Shown here: positions 25,301-37,300 of the stretch, piece after piece
Layout: each line of letters starts with the position of its first letter
Numbering within the stretch: position 1 is the stretch's first letter
NCBI GenBank assembly: GCA_036172245.1
Contig: JAYWIR010000002.1
Coordinates: 4,340,001 to 4,404,000 of the forward strand
Direction of reading: 5' to 3'
From: Raillietiella orientalis
Lineage: Eukaryota
DNA length: 64,000 nucleotides
The notes under the pieces: model-generated
The model's database searches: none
Told to the model about the DNA's origin: nothing
Seen by the model: only the letters and a program-made list of their open reading frames with translations
Translations under genes and position numbers: made by a program

Positions 25301-28300
25301 AGCGAGCATCGGCTTCGTTTCCAAGCTAGCTGCCCACATGCGAGCGCAAGAGCAGCCTCCGGGATCCGAGGGGCGGGTGGCAGAGTATCCAAGGGATCCA
25401 GTCCCAAGAGCCTCCGAGGACCGCGGAGAGGGCTCGGAAGAAGAGACGGGCGAGGCAGGAAGAGGAGGAGGCGGTGGTGGTGAAAAATCCCCCCCCTTCT
25501 TTCATCCCCCCCCTCTCCACTCTTCGGCGTCGTTTCGCGCGGGAACGTCGAAAACCCGACGTCGTTAGCGTGCTGCGAGCCGGTGTATATTCCCTCCCCT
25601 ACCTCCGGGGGTTTCTTCGCAGCAGCAGTGGGGATCCTCTCAGAAGGTCCTTTCCAGAATGCCGCGCGCTGTGACCAGAACGGGTTCGTTCAACGAGCAT
25701 CCCAGGATTCGTTCCTTTTCGCTGTTGCTGTCTTCGTGGGAGCCAAAGAGGAAGCTGCGTAGGCACAGACGCTCGAACGCAAGGATCTTTTCGGGGTTCT
25801 TTCGTTTCCCTCGGCGGTTGCCCGTCGGAGCGCCATGGGCGGTTGGTTCCTCCTGCCTCTTTCGTTCGCTTCCTTTCCCAGCCTGTTCCCTCCGCCTTCC
25901 CTCGAGAAAGGACCGATTCGGGGGTGATCGGACCAACGGGAAAACGGGAGGACCTCCGCACACGTGACCGAAGAGAAGAATTCAAAGAGGGAAGCTGGCT
26001 GCTGCGAACTTGGAATCCACGAAGGGTGGCGTCGCGCCGAGAGCGAAACCGCGACGGGCAAGCAGTTGCGGTTTCTCCAGGCGGCCCTCCGCGTTCCTTC
26101 TGGGGACGGAAGCGCCGCACGCCGCTGCAGAAAGGTTGGTCGTTGCCGTCCTGCAAGGGATGGGAAGGCTGAGCCATGAAAGGCTTGGGCCTTCGTGATC
26201 AATCGGATGACGTGCCCTTTCTCCATGACGACGAGTAGCGATTGGGTACGTGGAGACTGCTGAAGAACACACACATGCACAGAAAGAAAAAAGAAAAGGT
26301 TCGTTTCGTTGCACGTCGGGAGTAACAGCGAGTTGCGAAACGATATCTATCTACCACATTCTATTAGTACAATGCTGAAGAAACTTTTCCGAGCTCTGAT
26401 GCATTCGGAAAAGCTTTTGATTGTTGATAGATTATTTTGATTGATAGATCGATTGTTTTGTTGTTGTGGTTGTTTTCTGGATGCCGTCACTCCAGGTTCC
26501 AGTTCTCGTGATGTGCTGACGAACCAAATGATTACAACGACTCTGGAGATTGATTTTCAGGATTGCTGCTCCGGGCGCTTCGTCCTTCCTTGCCTTTCCT
26601 TGTATTTGAGGTATCCATGGAGACGAGGGGGACACGGGAGGTCCGGACACTTCCTTTCTCGGAGGACACCAGCAGGTAGCTCCTACTACTACTCGAAACG
26701 ATTACTCAGCGAGCCATCTTGGTGGCACTCGATGGCAGCGCGACCAATACTACATCAACCAATTCTCAGTCTACAAGTTACATTCAACATACCCTGTAGA
26801 CTCGAATTTTAGCGCCGCCGCACGAGAGAGGGGGGAAGGGGGGGGGAGAATGTTTCTAACGAAAGGAAATGCATCCTCTCTTGCGTACGCGTTGCTGAGT
26901 TGCTCGAATCGAGCTTTGATGACTTTCCTCCACCTATCTACTATACGCTCCAGGCTAAAGCAACATTTCTACTTATGCGTGCGTGTCTGCGTGCAAGGAG
27001 AAAGGTTAGCATGGCGTAGAGAGTACGTACATATCTATACAGTGTATTAGTGTGCAACTATGTGCTAGAATACTAGCAACGGTGTGTTATGCTGCTAGTG
27101 TTCCAGAAGCAGAAGGCACTGAAGAGGACACTTCTGTGTACGGTCATCACTGTTGCCAGTATGTACACGTGCACCCTAGTATCGTGCACCAACATAATAT
27201 GCATATCATCATTTATGCACTGCCGTATAGTGCATGTTTGCGACAGTGCATATGTACACACATAGCGTGTATATGTACACACTAGCCCCCGTCGGAGGCT
27301 TTGTGGTTAAGGCTTCCGCGCGTGGCACCATGAGTCGCGGGTTCGAATACTTCGGCAGATAACTGACGCCACTGCGTCGTCGAGTTCCGAGTTTCTCCTG
27401 CAGTGGCTCTGGTTGGCCGAGACATTCGGGCGTGGCACCGGCGGTGGATAAAGCCCCGGAGGCCTCCCGATGAAGGCCGAAACAATGGGAGTCGACCTTC
27501 GGGTCCTCCCAGGAATAAAGGAGTGGGGAGTTCCCCCTCCGGTCGTGCAACGGAGAGCGGACCCCGTCACCGGGGGAGCGCCTCCGGTTTCAAGATGGAG
27601 CAGGAGCCCTCACGGGCACCTCTCCAGTTGTTCAAAGGAGCGGATCTCCCTGTTGGGGGGTCCCTCCGAGTCGTCGCCTCTTCACAGAGTGTGCACAAGG
27701 AAGCAAGCGAGAGCGATTCCCTGTGGGAAGCTGCAGCGCCCCTTCTGAGTTTCGGAAGCGTCCCTTCGGGGTTCTCTTCAGAGGAGTGAACAGGAGCGGT
27801 TCCCTTGGGGGTTCCCTCCGGAGAAGAAATTCCTACAAGCGGATGCTTTCCGGGTTCCCCTCGGAGAAGTTGAAATGGAGAGGACCACCCCCCGTTAGGG
27901 GGGTGTCCCTCCGGAGAGAATGAGGAAGGAGATTCCCTTCGGGATTCCCCTTCGGAGACAACCAGGGTGGAAGGTGCGATCCCCCCCCGTCCGGGGGGGA
28001 TCATTCCCCAAGCGTGAGAGGAACGGACTCCGAGCCCTTCCTGGATTCATTGGGCGGACCCCATCCCGGGGTGCCCCCTACCACTGAAGAATTACACGCC
28101 CCCCCTGCGGGTTGCCGCGCGCGGAGAGGCGTGGAAACATATGTACACACATAGCGTATGTATACGTGTGCTCACACGTATACTTGCACTATTAAATCAA
28201 CTTCTGTGTGTTGTGTGTGTGTGTGCACGCACATCAGTTAATAGTGTATATCTATACACCCACATACACTTCGATCTCTGCCGAGAAGCTGAAGACGCAA

Positions 28301-31300
28301 AGCGCGTGTAGCAGCACGCGTTCGTCAAGGAGAGGGACGACACATTCCCCCGCGCGGACGCGCATCCTTCGGACCAGCCATACTCACTCAACCTGCGGCC
28401 CGCCAAACTTCCATGCGCGGCTCACATCATTCACACCTATTAAGTATTTTTTTTAAAAAAAAAAACTTCTGATAGTCGGGCGGTGGTTTTTATGAAGGGC
28501 AAATCGTGGGCGGTTGGCCCCCGCGCGCACAGCGCCTCTCGCGGGCCGTGTCGTTTGTTTAGTAATCCATGGCAATAACGTCGGTGCGTACAATGTTAAG
28601 CGTTGGTACGCGGAAAGAATACAGTCTGCGCTCAACTCACCGCAATTTAAAAAGCGTTTGTTTACATCCATCCGTTCTTCCGATTTTTTTGCACAAAGTG
28701 TATGAACGTAAAAAAAAATTTCTGGTGTGCTAAAACGTGTAGGATTAATGAAAATATATTAATGTATGAAATTTTTTTTTACATGATTGTATCATAACAC
28801 ATAACGTACTATATAGAGCCCCGTGTAATGCTGCAAGCTTATGTATGTGGCCCCGAGGAGAAGGAAGGTTGGGTATCCCTGCTTCAGACGGGCAAGCGCC
28901 CTTGCGCTCCACGCGCCATCTTGCCGATCGCGGTCAGGTGGTGCTGCTGGCTGGCTGACCTGGGGCCTCGCAGCCGCGGACGAGCGCCGCACGCGCTGTC
29001 CGGGGTCCCGGGGCGCGGTGCAATGCCGGAAGCGGAGCGAACGAACGTCCGGCTGCTCCCAACGTCCTGCTCCGTGGCCTTCCCGCGCCCCGGGACATGC
29101 CACGGATGCACGCGCCACTCAGCCCGAAGCAGGCAGGCCACCTCGCAGGCCACGCGCTCCTCCGGGAACCGGCTCTTGCCCAGTGAAAGCAACAAAGTCT
29201 TACTTGATTCGTAACTGTTCCTCAGGAGCTTCCGATCTTTCCCGGCGTGCACGGGAGTTGGAGAAGCGCCGAGTATCGGGCTTGAGGTCATGGAAATTGC
29301 GCTTGCAAACAGAGACTCGCTGCGAACGCACCGAACCTTGCTTTGCTCCATGCTATCCTCGCTATCTGAAAGACTAGGGTTCCCGACGCTGAAACACTCC
29401 TCTGCATGAGATGAAGAAGGCATTAGCACGGGGGGGAGACTCTCCCCCAGGACGTCCATACTTACTAAAAATTTGCAACGCATCTACTGTTCTAAAGTTT
29501 ATCAACCTGCTTTGTCTGTGCGAATTCTTTCCGGTGCTCACTGGTGGAAAGCACCAAAATAATTGACAAGTTCTGAACCTGTTTTATCTATTTATTTATT
29601 TTACGCAAACATTTACCAATCCGGAAATGATTCATAGAAGAAGCAGTGCAATCTCACGGTGCATCAGATTTCAGCGATCACAGCGATTGTTGCTACTGTT
29701 CTGAGTCAACGGGAGTGACCTCTCGGACGGAGGAGAAACGAGTGCAAAGTCGCTGGGGACCTTCGGGAGTCCGTAGGGATGCCGAGGGCGAGACCATCGA
29801 TCAACGCACCGACGTGGCGTGAGCGGGACCGCATCCGAAGCGGCGAGGTCAGGCGCGCGCGGGGGGAGGGCAGTCGCTTCCCGGTGTCATCCGGACGCGG
29901 AAAAGACGAGGGCGGCACTCGCGCGCGACTGCCAGCCGCAGCGGGCCGGTCGATCTCGCTCGAGGTCGAACCGTCCGCTGGACGCCTCCTCCACCTCCTC
30001 CGTTTCCGCTGGGAGGTTTCGCCGCTGCCCCGTTGCAACGACCAGAGTTTCCGGTCCAGGTTGGCGTGCAAGAAACGCCAGTCTGTCCAAGAAATCGTCA
30101 CCTGGAAGGCAGATGAGCTGCCGAGGGATGCAACCACGCGGCCGCCGCGACCGTCTTCGGCCGACTAAGGTCGCGTCTCGGGTCGAGGTCAGTCGCGCGC
30201 GCACGTGGGGCAGTGCGTGCACGCGCGCGGGGGAAGGCCATCCATTAATCTTCCTCGGCGGCGGACGCTCTCCTGAAGCGCTGACTCCCGCCTGCAAGCC
30301 CCTCCCCTCCCTCCCCGCAAACCTTTCCGGTTCCGGAAGAGCGAAAAGCTCCCAGAGATCGCTTCTTTTGCAAGCGGGAGCGAACTCACCCCCTCCTCAC
30401 TCCGCCCCTCTTCCCCATCGGTAGCGGCGGCAGGCTAAGGGCACAGATATCGCTGCTGATCGATCTCGACTCCGTCTTTGCCCCCCTCCTTCCAGGAGGA
30501 GAGAACCTGCAGAGGCTGCGCTCGGAAGCCTCCCATCATCACGAAGTTTTAGTTTTTATTTTTTCAAGCAGATGGCAGGAAGATCGACGCGTCGTCTCCC
30601 GTCCCACCGGACTTCAGGCAAGCATTTCAGAAAGAGGGGAGCATGAAAAAGTCCTAATCCCCTCCCGTGTTCGGGAAAAGCCATAGCGAATGTCATGGGG
30701 GAGGGAGGTGAGAGGATAAGGAAGAAAACGCGCTGCCGAGACGATCCCCGCTCGAAGGCATCCGTCACGGCGCGGACGGCTGGTCGCCAGAAAAGAATCG
30801 ATCTTCAGGCGGACGGACACCAAATCGGACAGTTCACAGATTTTTGTTGTTGTTTTGCGACTCGCATATCCCCGGAACGGGAGGCTGGAATCCCGTCACG
30901 GAGAAAGCCGCGGAAGGCGAGCGGGAAGCATGTAACCGCAGGTCGCGACGCGCGCACCTGGGAATGAAGAAGGGTTGCCGACGCCGCCGATTCTCTCTCA
31001 GGTCGCGATGGCCGCGAGATGGATTCCGACCCGATCCAGGCCACCCTTTGCCGTTGCTCTTGCTGCGGCACGGAAGGGATGCACCCCTCTGCGGCCGAGC
31101 GCCGCCGATCCGGCGGGAAACAAACGTCCACGATGAGAAACCGCCGCCGCAACGTGTGATCCAGCTTCCGACCCATCTTGCCCTCTATCCCTTTCGGCAG
31201 CGGGATTCAAGATCGGCGAGAAGCCACCCCTTGGGGGCTCCATCTTCCACCGACCACCTCGACCGGTTCACGTTTCGGGATCACAGTCGACTGGCTCACG

Positions 31301-34300
31301 CGTTGGGAAACGAGAGCCAAACAAGCTTCGCCACCGGCGGACACGTTTGCTGTCCCCCTAAGAGCAGCAACGAAGACATCGCTGCCGTGGCTTTGGGGCA
31401 CACGCGAAGGAGACCTCTCTTTCACTCTTGAAAAGACTGGCCCATCGCTGTTGATTCCGGCTCGGGACGGAGAGACCACCTCGGAAGACCCGCGAAGTCC
31501 TCTGGATTCAGTGCCCCAGCTCGGAAACTCGCGCGGTTGTTCCTCCCGCGCTGGCTACTGGACTGCGGTTCCGATGGCGAAGAGCGGCGAAGGGAAGTAT
31601 TCTGACGACGGGACTTCCTCCTGCTGCCCCTCGGCATGAGCGGCCAAAGCCGCCTCGTCGCGGAGCCGGTTGTTTCAGAGGGTGCTCGGAAGTTGGACGA
31701 CGGAGTCGGGAGTCGCCGAAAGGAAAGGGGAGGAGGGAGGGCACCTTGCCCGAATCGTTCACGCCGCTTTCTGCGGAAGCATCCTCTGCGGAGAGATTGC
31801 GCCCAAGGAAGCTGGCAGCTCCAGGGTCCACGCAGAGGCCGGAAAGATTATTTTCCCTGAGAATCCGGGAGCGAAGGAGCGGAGCAGGGAGACGCGCGGG
31901 CCTCATCCCTGCGTTCCTTCCCTTGTCACTTCGTCCGAGTCTCTTGAAAGACTCCAGTAAATATTTGCTGCATTTTTTTTGCTGGGTACCACCATTCTTC
32001 AGCATTCACAAAAAGAGAAAGAGAAAAAAAAAAAGCGTAACCAAAGAGTCGCGGGTTGCTGAGCTTCTGGAGGAGCGCATGGGGCTACTGCCACGCACAC
32101 TCGGGTGCGCTCTCCGGTCGCGAGGAGGCGAGAGCCAATTGGGATGTCCATCTGCAACAGCCTCTTCTTTACCACGAGGATTCACGGGGCATTAGGTGGC
32201 AGGGCTGTCGCCACCTCGACACGTCTTAGGGCTGCCTGTTGTGAACTCAAGCGTTCAGCTCCTCGGAATCGGCCTTCCCCGCGGGAAACCCATACCCCAG
32301 GAACTGAATTCCCAATTCCAGTTAAAAAAAACACACACACACAGGCACGGAGTTTTTTTCAGCGCGTACGGATCTGAAGCAAAACTCCCGGCAGTGCAGA
32401 CTTCAAGCGAAGCCCTGCATTCGGGTGAAGTGCCGTTGTTCCCTCTTCCTCCTGCTGGCAGATTCGTCCTGCAGTGGTTGAGCCTCGTGCTGCAGGCTGG
32501 CCAGATTTTCCACAGCCTGGAAAAGCGTTTTCCGTCCCCATGTTTTTTTTTTTTTTTTTCTTCCGGAACCACCGCTGCCGTTCCCTTCCCTGCATGTGAC
32601 GCTCCTTCGCCGTCTTTCACTCGAGATTGATCTTCAAGCGATTGGAATTCTGGTTCGGCGTACAGTGGTTCCCTCAGCATTATTCCTGTCGCAGCATCCG
32701 TAAGTCAAAGACGGCACTAATTTTCTGCCCTAAGGAAGCATCTCTTCCTTTCCAGATGGCCGACAAACCACGTTCGTGGGGACACGTTTTTTAGGATCGT
32801 CGTCAACATCGGTAACGCCTTTGGGGTCCGTGCGTTCGGTATTGCATTTGGATCGCAAGACCTGGCTGCTTGAATCTGGGGTCACATCAATCTGCTGCTC
32901 CTCCTGCATCACGCATGCATCCGCGCCTCACCGTTCACGCCGACCATCAGTCATTCAATGCAGAGGAATCAAAAATTGCTGTGCCCCTCTACCCCCCCTT
33001 TTTTTTTTGTCCCAAGGTCGCTGCTCACAGTTCCCGGTCTCGGAATCCAGGGGAGAAGAAAAAGGGATGCACTCACGTAGTGCTTCGTTTTGCAAGATCC
33101 AGGCTGCAGAGCCATGGAACCTCATACAGAATCACTGGCTTGATGATAGTTCCGTGTGCACCCATTGGCCGTCTTGACAACACGAGATCAAAGTGCGAGG
33201 GCTCAAAATATGTAGTTCATAGCTGCTCTGAATGTCTTCATTACCTATGGAACCGCCTCTTCAGCTGACTCTCCTGAAACCCTATTCATCCTTCCGGTCA
33301 TACAATGATATCTTGAAAAAGAAATCACAGATAACTCCAGCTTGTCTTAGCAGCCACCGTGCTGTTCGTTTCCTTAAAAAATCTCCTGATTGATTTTTTG
33401 AACCGACTACGAAAACAATCGAGATGCTGAACAGAAAAGTGCGAAGATAATCTTTCTTATCCGAAGGCCGTCCATGAGTTTTTGGGAGGTGGGAGATGGG
33501 GAAGGGGCATATAAAATTTTATTACAGCTGATGCAAGTTCTAGTCCACACGATATTCTTCATCCTCTAACAGTGGACCTACATGAAATGTGGTATTCTCT
33601 AGAAATCTTCTTTGAAGAACTTTTATGTTTCGAACCGTTATATGCCGCTCAGTTAGCACCTGGAGCTTGCAGCAAGTGCGGAAAGGCATCTCCTCCTTCG
33701 GATGCAAGCTGTGCTGTGTCCGCCAAACGGAGATGGTGTTCAGACAGCTCGGAATGCAGCAAGTTGCTTCCCACTCCAGGCACTCTCAACGAACGAGCTG
33801 CCCACACACAAGTCATCAGCTCCACCGCCACACCACCTCTTCCCTCAGATCAGTCCCCTACTGGCGATCTGCAGATGAGACAACTGAAGAGATAGTTCCG
33901 TGCATCCACTGCCGAAATGGAGCTTTGAACGGTCGTGCTGCTTTGTTTCGCCGCCATGAAATTGATGGCCAAGCATTACTGCTTCTGAGCAGTGTGAAGT
34001 GCAAGAGTCTCGCATCGGAACCTGTTCAGTGTCCTCTTTCCTCCTGGCACTCGCCCCTATCAGAATCATGCTTCCGACCGTTGTTCGTAAGTTTGCAGGA
34101 AGCAGCAGAGTAGAAGACGTGAGTGAATGCACTAAACAAGCAAGGAACGAAAACAGAATCCCTCTGAAATCAACTGGAAAAATAGGTGTTGGTCTCAGCA
34201 CGTGTCGTGAAGACTGCACCTCAGTTGCTGGAAGACGTATGCGTTCTGTTAAAGCGCTCTGTCAGCAGCAACACGCCTAGCGAAGAAAGAGAGGAAACCC

Positions 34301-37300
34301 ATGAGGACTTGGAACAAATGGACAGGCAGGGTCAACCAATGAACTCCCCACGTTTGTTCAGTCTTCACACGAATAGCACCGGTCGTCTTTCGTTGGCGTG
34401 TCTCTTAGAAAGGGCTCTTTTTTTCGCGTCTTAGCGTTGATCTTTTTTCGAAGCTGATAACCGGTAATGATAGCCATAGCACTCATTTGTAAGGATATCT
34501 GTGGTGCTAGTTGTTCTCCCGGCTTATTTTATTTAATTATCTGCAATCAGAAAGCCACCCGTCGACGGCTCTGGAATTTCGATTCTTTCGAAACTGAACA
34601 AAAAGCAAGTGGTTTCAGGCGCTCCAGAAACTGTCGAGTGAGAGAAACCGCAAGCGAATCTAAAAAATACATGAAAATCGGACCTTTAATGGATGAAGTG
34701 ATGAGCGAAATTGCCCAAAGCGTCATTACCGTGCCAGTATTTCACCTACAAATTGCAAAGCTTATTCCAACGTAAATGGGGAAGAAAAGAACCAACGAAG
34801 GAACGGTTCCCACTGGGAGTGCCCCAATCCTCCTCATCGGCTGGAGGTTTCTGCAGAAAACAAAGCCATGTCAAAAGCAACGGAATGCACTTTTGGGCGC
34901 ACGTGTCGTCTCTTACTTCGTGTGTCATGTAAAAATAATTAAGCATGCACACGATCATTCAGTTCAGGTATCCGGAAGTGAGCTCTTTTATGCAGTTCCA
35001 CATGAAAAAGGAAGAATCATTTCGGAGAGAAGCAGGATGGATGCTTCGGGTGAGGTCACATGCATTTTTTCTTTGACGGATTTCTGAAACCAACTGGACC
35101 AAATCGCACCAAGAGAGACCATGAAAACGAAGAAAGCGGATGCATATCCCAGTAGTGGCTGGGAAGAATTATGCGTTAGAATGGGGACCAGCGGGAAATC
35201 CAGTTGTTCAAATGCTGCTAGTCTGGAATAAACAAAACCAGAGCTGTAGAGGGTGGATGGGTGAAGGAACTCAGAGAAGCTGATACCGAGATGGCGGTTA
35301 CCATTGCATTGAAATGGAGGAAGCAAACATAAAAGTTATGATCCAACATATCGCCTCGTTGAACGGCCGGAGGTGGTTTTCTAGTGGAAAAGAGCAGGAA
35401 GGCAACTGGAAACGCCGTGAACACTATGAAAAGAGTACCCTTTTCTGAACGCAAGCATCCAAGAAGCTGTTCAGCCTGTAATCCTCTAGATTACAACCTT
35501 CATGAATTTTCTCCACGAGCAATGGTAGGCTGTTAGCCTGCACCAAAATCGAAAAGCTTGCCCTTGGTCTTCAGTGTACAGTGTCGGGAACAGGTACTCC
35601 AACAGATCCTCAGATGAGTTCGTTTCATCGATAGAAAACCGGTGAATGAGCGTTTTGACTGTTCTTTCCTTGAAAGAGAATGGCTCTTCAGGTCCTTCGG
35701 GAAGCATCTCAAATTGAAGAACGCCAAACCGGGATTATGGAAGGAAATTTTCAGATCTATTTTAATCTGTTTTCACTTCGAAGAAATTTCCTTTCTACAG
35801 CATCCATATCCAGTTGTCATTTCCTGGTTCAGTTTTTTTCCTTGTGAACGTGGACAGCAACAGCTTCTTGACTCAGACTGCAAGAAAGGTCGAAAGCAAA
35901 AGCAGAGAGAGACCATAGAGAAAATCTTTGGCGAAAATCAATCCTTGAGTGTGCAGCATTTAAAGAAATGAGAAAACACCAACTTTTGTGGTTGGAAGAA
36001 CGGCTATTTTTTTTTGCATATTTGATGGACGTGAGGGATGGTGAAGATCGTGGATACCGTGGGTAGTTGAATAGTCAACCTCCATCACTGTTTCAACTAT
36101 TCAAAAGTCCAATCAGGAAAGTAGACTTTTTAAAAAAAAAAAAAGAAAGAAAGAAAGAAAAAGGAAAAGGAAACTGCGCTTGTAGGAAAGGGACCTCTAG
36201 CAGATCGAAAAAGTACAGAGTGATGAAACAAATCAATGTTGGGACTTTAGCTCGAAGTTTTTCGAACCTCCATTCGTACGACGTCGCTCCTGATATGGAT
36301 ATTGGATATGGATTCCTCTTTGAGGAACTTTTCTTACTTTCGGGAACGTCTGTGTCTTTCTCATTGTCCCGTTTGGCCTGCTGGAAAGACTCTCATATCT
36401 CGGAATTCAATGGTTTTTTTTTTTTTTTTCTTTTTTTTTCATCGAACAGCTCACATCTTCGACTGATGTCAAGAATTATTGAACGAAAAGCACCCACGTG
36501 GCAAAACAGGGAGAATGGGCAGTTCACAGCTTACGGTCAGTGGTGCATCTGGTGTAGCACACTCTACGTGCAACCGCACGTTTTGATGATATCCGCAAGC
36601 ATCACATTCCGAACATCTCAATAGCATGAAGAAACTTTCAGCATGATCGCATTCTTCGATCTAGGAAGCTCACAAGCTGATCCTAGCTGGACCATCGCTC
36701 CTTGAATCAGCGTGTCCTTGTAATCTCTTCGACTTGCTTGAAAAAAAAAGCCAAGCAGGGGAAACTTCTTCACGTGATGAAAGTGCAAAGCAGGCTGATC
36801 GAGCGAGCGCTCGATCCAAACAGTTGAGCAATCAGCATCTTTGCAATCTGTATCCATGAGGACTGACTGCGGGTGCACAAATGAGCGTAAACACTTGCGT
36901 GCACGGGTACATTAAGAAAACGTGTTCATAGCGAGAAACGAACGGAGAGACTCTGGTTTCTATGACAGAAAGCATCGACCTTTCTCCTGGATGTAGAGAG
37001 TCTCCAAGCAAATGCTACTTTTAGCGAGGGAGCAGGACTTGGTCGACGATCTCGGTTACGAGGGAAACGGGACACCCTGGAAGAAAATGGGAGGACGGAT
37101 GGAATTTTGGAAGTGCATTTCAAACCGCGCCGACTGGAAGCACTCAGGTCACATCGACATGCATCGCAGCTGCAAACAAAGCTATGAACAAGGTCAAGGT
37201 CGCTGTCGCAGATGCAGGCTCCAAAGATCGAAAGATAATGCACCTTGCGAAAATGAAGATGCCCACGGAGAGAGCAGATTTGTGTAGCCGCTGGATTTAT

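Noticed and set aside
27289-27360. Functional tRNA-His gene
   Set aside because: The T-stem and anticodon stem do not pair and there is no downstream T-run terminator; treated as a derived head.
27486-28133. CRISPR array interpretation of the hairpin repeats
   Set aside because: Repeats are not sequence-identical, linkers are short and variable, there are no cas genes, and the context is a eukaryotic intron.
35255-35325. Rab-like WVKELRE..IAL peptide
   Set aside because: No G1/G3/G4 GTPase motifs nearby.
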